From IMG/VR virus record IMGVR_UViG_3300014494_000005, positions 62,001 through 126,000 of that record: a stretch of DNA of 64,000 nucleotides, one strand, 5' to 3'. Shown here in pieces: positions 9,087 to 19,013 of this stretch. The translations under genes were made by a program, and so were the position numbers. Below the pieces are notes generated by a model. That model saw only the letters and a program-made list of their open reading frames with translations, did not search any database and was not told the origin of the DNA. Numbering within the stretch: the first letter of the stretch is position 1; every line of letters starts with the position of its first letter.

Positions 9087-10040
9087 TTATATTATCTTGT
9101 ATCTTGTATCTGCAAAAATACTATATGGTGAACCAACAGTATAATGACCAATACAATTACATATACTACTAATATTTGCTGATGCAGTAGTATATGATGA
9201 ACCATCAGTATTTGCTTCAGCACATAATACAATAACATCATTTGAATCAACGAGAAATGGTGCGAATGAACCACTACATGAAAATGCTAATCTACTAACT
9301 CTTCCACCACCACGAATACAAGCACCATTACAATAAACACTAACTGTACCACCTTCTGGGTCTGATGTTGCTCCTTTTACTACTGTCCAATTAATTGTTG
9401 GATAGAAACAATCGCCAGCAGTTCTTGTTATTGAATATATAAAACATGCACTTGATTCTACACTATCACCACTTCCAGATGTATCACAAAGACTACAAAG
9501 TGAAACTGTATTAACTAATGTTTGTTTACATTGAACACTGCCATATCCAATACCAACAGCACTTTTTGCAAATGCTCGAAAATATGTCATAGTATTTGAT
9601 GCAAGACCACATGCTAAATTACTAAAAGGAACTCCTGCACCAATTACAGAACAAGTTGAATTTATTTTCAAATAAGTTGGATAATTTGAGTAAATTAAAT
9701 TAGAATCTGTTCCCCATGCACTAAGTTGGGTATATAATATTCCATATTCCATAATTGGAGCATCACCTATAGTATTTACCTCACTATTATTTACAGGAAA
9801 TTCTGTTGGTAAAGCAGCACCTGCAGTACCAGTACTTACTGTCGGTGAAGCAAGTGTTGCTGGTAATGTTGTACCAGTAAGTATATTACCATAATATGCA
9901 GTACCATTAACAATAAAATATGCTCTATATTCATATATAGTACTTGCTGACAAATTTGGAATTGACATAGTATATGAATTACTTGCGAGAGGTCCTGCAG
10001 TCAGAGTTGTTGTTGTCCAAGTTGGTGTTGGTGTTGGCAT
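9087..10040 (-). CDS. Fn3/Ig-like Cys-rich virion protein, paralog of the C-terminus of the upstream 1509-aa protein
   Basis: Two Fn3-like units (L.ASTIYEYRAY; LASNTMTYFRAFA) and a C-terminal AGDC.Y...CNG...GSF...YTVGSPY domain. Confidence 0.65.
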   Translation of the reverse strand: MPTPTPTWTTTTLTAGPLASNSYTMSIPNLSASTIYEYRAYFIVNGTAYYGNILTGTTLPATLASPTVSTGTAGAALPTEFPVNNSEVNTIGDAPIMEYGILYTQLSAWGTDSNLIYSNYPTYLKINSTCSVIGAGVPFSNLACGLASNTMTYFRAFAKSAVGIGYGSVQCKQTLVNTVSLCSLCDTSGSGDSVESSACFIYSITRTAGDCFYPTINWTVVKGATSDPEGGTVSVYCNGACIRGGGRVSRLAFSCSGSFAPFLVDSNDVIVLCAEANTDGSSYTTASANISSICNCIGHYTVGSPYSIFADTRYKII

Positions 10041-10064
10041 ATTATATTATTTTATTATATTATT

Positions 10065-10073
10065 TATAAATAC
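10065..10073 (-). promoter_or_regulatory. Phage GTATTTATA upstream motif
   Basis: 25 nt before ATG 10040; part of palindrome TATTTATAAATA. Confidence 0.7.
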
Positions 10074-10084
10074 TCATTATTTTA

Positions 10085-13000
10085 TTATTCTGGTGTTGGC
10101 TTACCACCACAACAGCAACAGCAAGAAATATTTGATGTTGTTTCACTTATTAAATATGGAGAACCAACAGTATATGTTCCAACACTATTTGTAATACCAC
10201 CAATCCAAAGTTCAGCAATATCTGATGCGCATTTTGTATTATCGCTTATAGCACATGTAAATAATTGTAAATTATCACTATGACATATAAGTTTAGTACC
10301 AAAACTACCATCATAATATCCACTACCTTTACCAAGATTAGCAACACTACAATTCCATCCACTAATTGTAGTACCATTACATTTTACACAAACACAAGTA
10401 ATATGATTTGCTGCACTTGTACCTTTACATATATAATAACAAATATTTACATAGTAACAATCACCAGCATTTGGTGGAGTAATAGTACCCGGTTGATATA
10501 CATTGGTAGGATAACAATATCCACCAGTACAAGTAATTACATTTACTACATGTGTTTGTGGTACACCATTTTGTTCAAATACAACAATTTTAGGTATTCC
10601 AACTGTTGGCGTATATATTGTACAGCCAGTTCTTGCAACTGTAGTTGATTGTATTGTAACACTTTGTGTTATACCTGCTGGAGTTGGTGGGGCAGGTGTT
10701 TGTGGTGTTAACCAAGTAATTGGTGTTACTCCACATACAGCAGATACTGTAAAAGTATTACTTATTTCACCAACAATAGTTACATTACATACTTGAGATG
10801 TTGCTGGAATATTTGTAAATAATGTTGGTGTTACATTAAATGTTGCAGTACTTCCAATTGGTCTGTATTGCATACCATACCATTGAACATCAGCATAACG
10901 TTGAATTGCATAACCACCAGTATAATAAAGTGCTGATGAAGAACTTGATGTACTTTGTTTTGTTTTACCTGATGGTGGTGTTGGGGGTGGTGTTGATAAC
11001 GTTTTTAATGATAATGTATTACCAGTATCCGCAAGAACATCTGAATGAACAACTGCTTTATAATTATATACAGTACCTTCTAATAAACCATTTATTGTAA
11101 AACTAAATGAATTAGTTGAAGGTTTACCTGATACAAAATGTTTTGTCCATGTTGTAGATGTTGATTTCTTATACATAACACCATATTCTCTTATAAGACT
11201 TAATCCGGTAATATTTTTACCACCAATATTTATCATCGAGCCAATACCAGCAGTACCTGCTTTAGTTTCAACATATAAATCAATAGGTGATGGTTCTGGA
11301 TTTTGTTTTATAATAAACATAGCACCATCATCGCCCAAATATTGTACTGTTCCTCTATATGTTAAATTACCAACACCAATAGGTGGAATAGAATTTCCAT
11401 AATCATAAGGATTTGGTTCTGGATTATAATAATATGTTGTTCCAGATGGAGAGACGTTTACACCTCTCTTATACATGAATTTTTGTTTAGTAAATACAGT
11501 ATTACGAATTAATAATCCACCCTTTTTTAATATAATTGTAGCTGACAATAATTGGTCTACAAATTTTTGAAAGAATGCATTATATTTACTTAAAAACGAA
11601 TATAAGTTTTCAAAAGTATATCCATTTGAATGCAAAGTATCTCCTGTTGGAAGCAATGCTCTTTGTAAATACATTTCATAAATTCTTAATAATGCAGGAT
11701 ACCAACCGCCTTTAAAATCTGATATAGTTTTTCTATTTCTTGCATTAATCATTTTTCTTTGAATTAATTCAATAAATTCTAAAAATGATAATTTACTTAT
11801 ATCCCCAATTCCAAAACTATCTGAAACAACTGGTGTGAATGCAGCATTTCCACCAACAAGATAATAAGCACTAAGAACATTCCCATATCTAAGACCATTT
11901 GGTAAATATACTTCGTATGGATTCATTACGTTAATATCATAATCTCTATATGGTTCTAATGCAATACCATCTACTAAAAATTTAATATCAGATGCTTTAT
12001 TTGCCTTATAATTTAATTTATAAACATACTTATTTGCACTAAGATTAAAATATATTTTACTATTATTAAAACTATCAATTCTTACCACTTCACTTCTTGC
12101 ATTAATATCATTACTACCATGAACTTCAACATATGCTACTTGAACTTCTGGATTAATTGCTAAAAATGAAATTACATCTGTATTTTGTAAAATAATTTGA
12201 CTATGACCAGTAGTATTATTTGGGTCAATAATATAATCTGCAGTAAATTGTGATGTGCCTTTTGTTAGTGCAATACCATTTATTGTTACTTGAACATCAC
12301 CACGTGGAAAACTTGGTAATGGAATATATGTATATGGAAATTGTGGTTTAATACGTGTTACAATATATTGAATCGTAATACCTGTAACTGGTCGTGTTCC
12401 ACCACTATAAATAAAAGTTGCTTCAATAACATCTCTACGATTATTTGAATTTGTTGCATAATTACCATTTAAAATTGTAAAACTATTTCCAGAAACACTA
12501 TAATCAGCACTTAAATATTCTGGGTCTAATACTTCTTCAGCAGTTAAATTACCCATACCAATAGGTGGAATATCACTACCATAACCATATGGGGGATTAA
12601 AAATACGTGGTGCGTTTAATAATATACCATTATAACGAACTTCAAAATAACCTTGAGTTTTATCATATGGTGTTGGAAGTTGAAATGTATTTGAAGTTCC
12701 AGTATAATCTAATGATATATTAACATATGAATATGGTAATGTATATCCACTATTATTTGCTGGAAAATCTACATTTTTAATATAATCATAAACATCATAT
12801 TCTATACCACGTGCCATATCTAATGCAATATCAACTTCTTTGGTATTAATTACAAGTTTACTATCTTTTTGATAATATTGTGGAGTATCATAATGAATTC
12901 TTGTTGTTGCACCCGTTTGAATCCAAGATTTTTTATTATCGACAGTTGAAGAAAGATTAAATCCTGCCATACGAAATACATCAAGATATGCTTGACCACT

Positions 13001-14614
13001 ATCTGTATCTCCTGAAATTTGAAAATAAAAATCATTAGTTTCTAATGGTGCAACAGGATAACCACTTGTATCATAAGGTAATGAATTTGAAGGAAAATCT
13101 TGTTGAGCAATATTAACACTATTTGGATTAATTTTACCATCAACAGTATAAACGTATTCTGTAATATTAATGAATGGTTCAGGTATACCAATCAATAAAA
13201 ACATTGATTTAATTGCTTCACGAGTTCCTTTTGATTTCCAAAAATAGTTCGTATTGTTTAATATTCTTCTCCATAATTCAATATCAATTTCTGCTGGTAA
13301 AAGATTTTCATTTAAATTTCTTTCTTCATCATTAACAGTTAAAAATCCTTGAACCAATTCATTTTCATTAACTAATGAAAAATAATCCCATCCAAATGTT
13401 CTGGACATATTTTTTATTAATTGGTCAGGTATATTATTTAATTTGTCATATGTAACTTTATTAATATAAACTAAAGAATCAATAAATTGTCTTAATTGGT
13501 CAAATTCTCTACCATAAATTCGTAGTAGTTTAGTTATTTTACCTTCTTCTGTTTGGTCATATGTTTTTAGTGAAGAAGGTGTTAAAAATCTTGCAATTAA
13601 ATCCGTTTTAATTTTATCATATTTTGCACCAATTGTTAATACAATTTGTAAAAATTTTTGATAATTTGGGGTGTTTATATCTATATTATATTTATCAGAT
13701 GTTGTCCAAAGCATTATTGCATCTGAATATATAATTGTACCATCATCAAGTAATGTGGGGTCTTTTAATACGAATTGAAATCCATCAGTTCCATTTCTTT
13801 GTGAAACGATATATTTTTCATAATCATTAAGTAATGCTCGATACTCTTCAAATATAATATTGTTTGGTTTTATATGAAAATCAACATTACCTGTTTTAAT
13901 TTTATAATTAGGTGTATTACCTGTTTTCATGAAAGAAAATGGGTCACCAGTAACTTGCACTTTCAAATAATATTTTGAAAGAGTATACATACTATTTGTA
14001 GAATTTCCTGTAAATCCAACTATAGGATAAAAAGATTCTGGAGTAAATGGTAACCAAACAACGTAATTATTATATGAAATATTTAAATTTTTAATATCAA
14101 CATCACTTGATGTAGTTGTATTTCCTGAATTAAAGACTAATCCAAAAATATTTGTTGTAAATGCTGTTGGTATATAAAATGTAGCAGTATTTCCAGTTGC
14201 ATTATATGAATAGCCAGAAAATGTTATATTACCACCACGAACTTTTTGAGAATTTGCAAAAAGACTTCCCGGATATGCAAGAATAATATTTTGTATTGAT
14301 ACTCTTAAAAATTCATAAGCAGAACCAAATCTAATAAATGTATTTAAATCTGATTTATCAAGATTCAATACAGCATTTGTTGTATATGTTTGTAATATTT
14401 GTGACTGAACATCAGTAACACCCATTGTTTCTAATGTAACTGGACGAACAAATGAACTAAGTGTATTGGTATAGTCTATGGTTAATTTACCATCAAAATT
14501 AGATGTAACATTAAAACTTCCAAACGTAAATATTGTTTTTGAAGGAAAGTCATTAAAAAAAGTTCCATTTAAATTTTGGTCGAGATTTGTGTTTATTACT
14601 TTTACTTTTGCCAC
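10085..14614 (-). CDS. Large virion structural (baseplate/tail-associated) protein, 1509 aa, GTG start
   Basis: LLRIYGREFDQ...IPDQLIKNMSRTFGW and YFWKSKGTREAIKSM..LIGIP pattern of baseplate/tail proteins; Fn3-like and Cys-rich C-terminus; upstream motif 14631. Confidence 0.75.
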   Translation of the reverse strand: MAKVKVINTNLDQNLNGTFFNDFPSKTIFTFGSFNVTSNFDGKLTIDYTNTLSSFVRPVTLETMGVTDVQSQILQTYTTNAVLNLDKSDLNTFIRFGSAYEFLRVSIQNIILAYPGSLFANSQKVRGGNITFSGYSYNATGNTATFYIPTAFTTNIFGLVFNSGNTTTSSDVDIKNLNISYNNYVVWLPFTPESFYPIVGFTGNSTNSMYTLSKYYLKVQVTGDPFSFMKTGNTPNYKIKTGNVDFHIKPNNIIFEEYRALLNDYEKYIVSQRNGTDGFQFVLKDPTLLDDGTIIYSDAIMLWTTSDKYNIDINTPNYQKFLQIVLTIGAKYDKIKTDLIARFLTPSSLKTYDQTEEGKITKLLRIYGREFDQLRQFIDSLVYINKVTYDKLNNIPDQLIKNMSRTFGWDYFSLVNENELVQGFLTVNDEERNLNENLLPAEIDIELWRRILNNTNYFWKSKGTREAIKSMFLLIGIPEPFINITEYVYTVDGKINPNSVNIAQQDFPSNSLPYDTSGYPVAPLETNDFYFQISGDTDSGQAYLDVFRMAGFNLSSTVDNKKSWIQTGATTRIHYDTPQYYQKDSKLVINTKEVDIALDMARGIEYDVYDYIKNVDFPANNSGYTLPYSYVNISLDYTGTSNTFQLPTPYDKTQGYFEVRYNGILLNAPRIFNPPYGYGSDIPPIGMGNLTAEEVLDPEYLSADYSVSGNSFTILNGNYATNSNNRRDVIEATFIYSGGTRPVTGITIQYIVTRIKPQFPYTYIPLPSFPRGDVQVTINGIALTKGTSQFTADYIIDPNNTTGHSQIILQNTDVISFLAINPEVQVAYVEVHGSNDINARSEVVRIDSFNNSKIYFNLSANKYVYKLNYKANKASDIKFLVDGIALEPYRDYDINVMNPYEVYLPNGLRYGNVLSAYYLVGGNAAFTPVVSDSFGIGDISKLSFLEFIELIQRKMINARNRKTISDFKGGWYPALLRIYEMYLQRALLPTGDTLHSNGYTFENLYSFLSKYNAFFQKFVDQLLSATIILKKGGLLIRNTVFTKQKFMYKRGVNVSPSGTTYYYNPEPNPYDYGNSIPPIGVGNLTYRGTVQYLGDDGAMFIIKQNPEPSPIDLYVETKAGTAGIGSMINIGGKNITGLSLIREYGVMYKKSTSTTWTKHFVSGKPSTNSFSFTINGLLEGTVYNYKAVVHSDVLADTGNTLSLKTLSTPPPTPPSGKTKQSTSSSSSALYYTGGYAIQRYADVQWYGMQYRPIGSTATFNVTPTLFTNIPATSQVCNVTIVGEISNTFTVSAVCGVTPITWLTPQTPAPPTPAGITQSVTIQSTTVARTGCTIYTPTVGIPKIVVFEQNGVPQTHVVNVITCTGGYCYPTNVYQPGTITPPNAGDCYYVNICYYICKGTSAANHITCVCVKCNGTTISGWNCSVANLGKGSGYYDGSFGTKLICHSDNLQLFTCAISDNTKCASDIAELWIGGITNSVGTYTVGSPYLISETTSNISCCCCCGGKPTPE

Positions 14615-14630
14615 AGTCTTTACAATTTAA

Positions 14631-14639
14631 TATAAATAC
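14631..14639 (-). promoter_or_regulatory. Phage GTATTTATA upstream motif
   Basis: 17 nt before GTG 14614, immediately after a terminator. Confidence 0.75.
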
Positions 14640-14642
14640 AAT

Positions 14643-14680
14643 AAAAAGAAAAATCCCAAATCTAAGATTGGGATTTTTTT
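14643..14680 (-). terminator. Intrinsic terminator (possibly bidirectional)
   Basis: AAAATCCCAAATCT / AGATTGGGATTTT stem with A/T runs on both sides. Confidence 0.75.
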
Positions 14681-14702
14681 GAAATTTAATTAAATTCGTT
14701 TA

Positions 14703-15605
14703 TTATAAACCATTTGTAACTGAATTAAAGTTTTGTGTTTCGTCTAGATTCACACGTTTTTCTTTGACTTCATATAATGGCACATTACCAACATCATCTT
14801 TTATTTCATAAATATTAAATTGTTTTGTAATAACCCTATTTTCATCGTAATATGTTAATATTCCATTGTCAACATCTTTAATTTGTTCACCAGCAACAAT
14901 ATTAGAAAGAGTATCAATTGTATTTGCAACTAAATCGACTTCAATTACAAGTGGTGAAAAAAATGTATTTGAAATAATAATTGTTTGATTTGGATTACCA
15001 ATAAATGGTGAAATATTTGGTTTTACGTCTGAAGAACTACTTGGTGTTAATTGTAAAAATAATAAAGAACCACTATCATCAAAACGATATCTAATAGCTT
15101 TTTGACTGGTATTTCCAACATTTTCACTAACAGGAACTACTTTATTTGAGGTTACTACATAACGAACAACATTTCTTATTTTTTTATTGGTAGTTGCATC
15201 AATATATTCAATTCGATATCCCTGTAATGCATTATTTGCTTTCATATTTGATGGTAATTGATTACTATCAAGTACAATTCCTCTTACACTTGGTAATGAA
15301 GATAATACACTACAATCAATAATTGTAGTTATGGTTTTTTTAGGTTTTATATATAATGTATAAATACCTAAATTAGAAAATACTGATGCTGGTAGTCTTA
15401 AATTATATAATCCTTCAAGAAGATTTTCATTACCAGAAATTTGTTCATCTGTTGGTAAATAATTATATGATAATATTTCAGAAGTATTTAATTTAAATAT
15501 ATCATTATTTAATGTTTCCCTATTAGGAATATAATTATAATAAATATCAATATCATCGATACTAACATCTGCTGGTCTTGTTATGCCAAATGTACCTACT
15601 GCCAT
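14703..15605 (-). CDS. Putative virion structural protein
   Basis: 300-aa ORF with its own upstream motif and downstream terminator, within structural cluster. Confidence 0.6.
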   Translation of the reverse strand: MAVGTFGITRPADVSIDDIDIYYNYIPNRETLNNDIFKLNTSEILSYNYLPTDEQISGNENLLEGLYNLRLPASVFSNLGIYTLYIKPKKTITTIIDCSVLSSLPSVRGIVLDSNQLPSNMKANNALQGYRIEYIDATTNKKIRNVVRYVVTSNKVVPVSENVGNTSQKAIRYRFDDSGSLLFLQLTPSSSSDVKPNISPFIGNPNQTIIISNTFFSPLVIEVDLVANTIDTLSNIVAGEQIKDVDNGILTYYDENRVITKQFNIYEIKDDVGNVPLYEVKEKRVNLDETQNFNSVTNGL

Positions 15606-15621
15606 ATTATGTTTTATTATT

Positions 15622-15630
15622 TATAAATAC
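15622..15630 (-). promoter_or_regulatory. Phage GTATTTATA upstream motif
   Basis: 17 nt before ATG 15605. Confidence 0.7.
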
Positions 15631-15637
15631 GTTCGTA

Positions 15638-16483
15638 TTAAATTTTAATTTCATTTAAAACTTCCATTTCATATTTATCAATCAAAGAATAATTATGTGG
15701 AAATTCTTGTCTAACCTTATTTTTCATTAATGTGATATTTCTATCAGTAAATTTATAACCAAACCATAAATGAGTATATTTTTTTATATCACCAGCACGT
15801 GATTTATTATATTTAACAATTAATTCGTGTGTTAATATATCATATAATTTTAAATTATAATGAATTGAAACTAAATATGCCGTTAATTCTTCCATTAAGA
15901 TACTAAGATTTTTACCAGTTACTACACCATTTTTAATTCCTGTATGTAATTTATCAACCGCATTGAAATATATATCTCTGACCCTTTTTTTAATTCCAAA
16001 AGTGCCACAACTTGTAAATCTATTATCATATTCATTTAAATAAATTATATCATTTTCACTTAAAAATTTTTCATTATCTTTTACAAAATCACCCATAACT
16101 ATATATGAATCTTTTGCTGGTGTTATATCTTGTACCATAATATCCCAATAATCATTATTAATGAATTCACTAAATAAATCATCGAAAATAAAAACATCAG
16201 AATCAACATGTATAATATCATCATCAATTATTTTCATTGCATCTATTTTATAGGCATTCCAAAAATTAATATCATTTTTATTTTCTTTTATAATTATTTC
16301 ATCATATGGTATATATTTTATAAAAGAATTATATGCTTCTTCATTACAAATCATTGTTACATTACCATAATATTTATTTAATGTTAAATAACTTAAATAA
16401 AATGAATAAAAATTTAAAAAAACGTTTTTGTTACTATAAGGACTACCTTCTTTAAATTGTGCAAAAGATTGAATTATTTTCAT
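15638..16483 (-). CDS. Glycosyltransferase-like protein (GT-A, DxD; DUF6734-like)
   Basis: FW..YKI.AM...IIHVDSDVFIF (DxD) and late YTHLW. Confidence 0.6.
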   Translation of the reverse strand: MKIIQSFAQFKEGSPYSNKNVFLNFYSFYLSYLTLNKYYGNVTMICNEEAYNSFIKYIPYDEIIIKENKNDINFWNAYKIDAMKIIDDDIIHVDSDVFIFDDLFSEFINNDYWDIMVQDITPAKDSYIVMGDFVKDNEKFLSENDIIYLNEYDNRFTSCGTFGIKKRVRDIYFNAVDKLHTGIKNGVVTGKNLSILMEELTAYLVSIHYNLKLYDILTHELIVKYNKSRAGDIKKYTHLWFGYKFTDRNITLMKNKVRQEFPHNYSLIDKYEMEVLNEIKI

Positions 16484-16486
16484 ATT

Positions 16487-16933
16487 TTATGTATTACTTA
16501 CTATATTAAAAAATCTACCACCAGCATATGTCGTTAAATCAATTAAACTTTTTATATATTCTAATCTATAATTTAAATCGAATGCCGATAATTCTTGTCT
16601 TATTATAAATATGTCATTATTAATTTCTGGATTGCTAATAATATTTTCTTTATTAAAATCTTTATAATATGGCTTATTAATAAAATCTGGACTATTATAT
16701 CCTTGTCCAGTAAAATTAAATGTTGTTGTTGTCGCACTTCCAATATAAGTATCAATAAATTTAATTCCACCAATATAATAAACAACAATCACATTTTCTG
16801 TTGAATTATTATAGTCAACACCATCAGTTAATGTTGAACCACCGTCAATATATTGTTGAAAAAATAGAACTCCTTTAGTATATTTTTTTAATTCCGTTAA
16901 TCTACTATTTATTGTTGTGCCTGTTATTATCAT
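16487..16933 (-). CDS. Hypothetical (likely virion) protein
   Basis: 148-aa ORF in baseplate operon. Confidence 0.6.
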   Translation of the reverse strand: MIITGTTINSRLTELKKYTKGVLFFQQYIDGGSTLTDGVDYNNSTENVIVVYYIGGIKFIDTYIGSATTTTFNFTGQGYNSPDFINKPYYKDFNKENIISNPEINNDIFIIRQELSAFDLNYRLEYIKSLIDLTTYAGGRFFNIVSNT

Positions 16934-16944
16934 ATAATTAAATT

Positions 16945-17166
16945 TTATAATAAATTTCCAAGTCCAATTGGTTCTTCATAACCATAAGGCAAAGAATCAA
17001 TCATATCTGCATCAAAAAAACCAAAATCATGTGTTTCTTGTACAAGACAAATTTTAATGTAATAAACTGCAACTAAATTTGGAATAATAATTCTGCAATT
17101 ACCTTTACATCCAGATGTTGTTCCAGTAGTTAGTGCTTGAAGTATAGTTTTTTTAATTATTTCCAT
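16945..17166 (-). CDS. Small hypothetical protein ending in the PYGY..PIG.GNL motif
   Basis: 73 aa; start abuts the gp6-like stop codon. Confidence 0.55.
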   Translation of the reverse strand: MEIIKKTILQALTTGTTSGCKGNCRIIIPNLVAVYYIKICLVQETHDFGFFDADMIDSLPYGYEEPIGLGNLL

Positions 17167-19013
17167 TATCCCACTTTTTTTCTTAAAAACACTGTAATAT
17201 CTTTTTGTGGATATTTAATTTCAAACATTGAATCTTGCATTGAATGAATTGTATTATTAACCACAGAAATTTCACCAGTAGTTGTATTTACTATTGGTTG
17301 TGCGATTATATTATTTGAATATTGTCCACCTACTTTATTATAAACCGTTATACCAATAACATTTATAACACCATTTGCTGCCAAAATTTCTTTTTGGAGT
17401 TGACCAAGAAATATGTCTTGATTCATTTCATGTGTATTAATATCAAGAAAATTTATAACAAGTGTTATAATACTATTCGCAACTTGATTATCTGATATAT
17501 TTTCAACATATACATCAATATCAAATGCTAAATTAAATATTTGACCATCCCTGATTTCAATGTAATCATTAATCATTCGATATTGTGATAAATATTCTGC
17601 AATATTTGCTTTTAATAAAGAATTACTTGTATTAGATAATTTACCATCCGAACCAATACCAAGTATTGGAATAACCACTTTATTATTTTCTTTATATGCA
17701 TTGGCTCGAAATGGAGAGCCAAATTTTCCCGGCATTTTATATACCTGTAATAAGTAATCTGTTAATGTTACACTTCTTTCTTGACTTGAAAAATTATATT
17801 TGATTAATTGTCTAATTTGTTCTACACTCAAACCATCATTTCCACCAATTGCTGGAATTGGATTTGTTACTTTTAAACTTCTTTGTACTGTTTGGTTATA
17901 ATCTTGACGAGAACCTGCTATTCTAAGATTATATGAACCAAATTGTGTAAGCACATCAGTACCGATATTTGAACTAATACCGCCACCTGTTCTATATCGT
18001 ACAAATAATGTATAATTTGCTTTAAGTTTTTCACCTAAAGCAGTATTATTTAAAAAATTTTCAAGAAAATAAACATTACTTACACCTTCTTTTAGAAAAC
18101 CTTCTTTAAATGCATTTACATCAGCATCACCAGAACCAAATGTTAATTTACAATAACCTTGTGGAGTATATTCTTTAATGAATTTTTTTGTTACATCAAT
18201 CCATGTTGCAGATTTCAATCCTTGTGTATTTGTATTAGCACTTGAACTTTGTGTATCTTCAACAAATACACGTTGTTGCGCTAAATAATCAACTTCAAAA
18301 TATCTATTATTTGTATTATAAAATTCACTAATTGGTGGATTTGTTGTATAATTAGTTCCTTCTAAAAGTATTATATTTTCAATTTCAATTACATCTGGGT
18401 CAGGTAATGTTATACTAAAAAATGGTATTACATCTGTTGAATTAATTATTTTTTTATATATATTTGTTCCACCATTTATAACAACTTCTCTTTTAGTAAC
18501 AAAATAACTTACAGGAATACCATTTGAATCTAAATTTGGTATAATTCTACGATTAGGGTCACCTAAACTACTAAATGGTGAATTCCAATCAATATTTGAT
18601 TGAGTTTCAAAAATTTTACCACCACCAATTACTTGTGCCCCCATATCTAAAACAGGATAATATGATGAGTCTGGAGCATTACCTAAAACAGGAACTACTA
18701 CTGTAAAATCTACAACTGTAACACTTGGTCTTCTTGCAGGAATATTAAATCCCATATTTTTTGCAATATTAAGAATCGATGACTTTTGTTGTGCATATTC
18801 TAAAATATTTTCCTGAAACGCCCTATCAGTATTGATACTCAAGTTATTGGCAACACCAGCATTTAAATCAATAAGCATTGCACCAACGCTTGAATCGGTA
18901 AAATCTTTAAGTACTTCAGGATACATTTGTTTAATTAAGGAAATTAAATCCATTCTTATTTCACTAAATGTTCGTGAACCATATTGAATTATATTTGTTG
19001 TATTATTAGCCAT
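17166..19013 (-). CDS. Baseplate wedge protein, T4 gp6-like
   Basis: RTFSEIR.DL..LIKQ.YP...DF..SSVG.MLIDL; LA...SI.NIAKNMG; NP..A.GG.D..SVEQIR; R.VT..DY. Confidence 0.85.
   Translation of the reverse strand: MANNTTNIIQYGSRTFSEIRMDLISLIKQMYPEVLKDFTDSSVGAMLIDLNAGVANNLSINTDRAFQENILEYAQQKSSILNIAKNMGFNIPARRPSVTVVDFTVVVPVLGNAPDSSYYPVLDMGAQVIGGGKIFETQSNIDWNSPFSSLGDPNRRIIPNLDSNGIPVSYFVTKREVVINGGTNIYKKIINSTDVIPFFSITLPDPDVIEIENIILLEGTNYTTNPPISEFYNTNNRYFEVDYLAQQRVFVEDTQSSSANTNTQGLKSATWIDVTKKFIKEYTPQGYCKLTFGSGDADVNAFKEGFLKEGVSNVYFLENFLNNTALGEKLKANYTLFVRYRTGGGISSNIGTDVLTQFGSYNLRIAGSRQDYNQTVQRSLKVTNPIPAIGGNDGLSVEQIRQLIKYNFSSQERSVTLTDYLLQVYKMPGKFGSPFRANAYKENNKVVIPILGIGSDGKLSNTSNSLLKANIAEYLSQYRMINDYIEIRDGQIFNLAFDIDVYVENISDNQVANSIITLVINFLDINTHEMNQDIFLGQLQKEILAANGVINVIGITVYNKVGGQYSNNIIAQPIVNTTTGEISVVNNTIHSMQDSMFEIKYPQKDITVFLRKKVG

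Noticed and set aside
9087-14614. Diversity-generating retroelement (TR/VR pair) acting on the duplicated C-terminal module
   Set aside because: Similarity is at protein level only, with no adenine-specific near-identical DNA pair and no reverse transcriptase in the window
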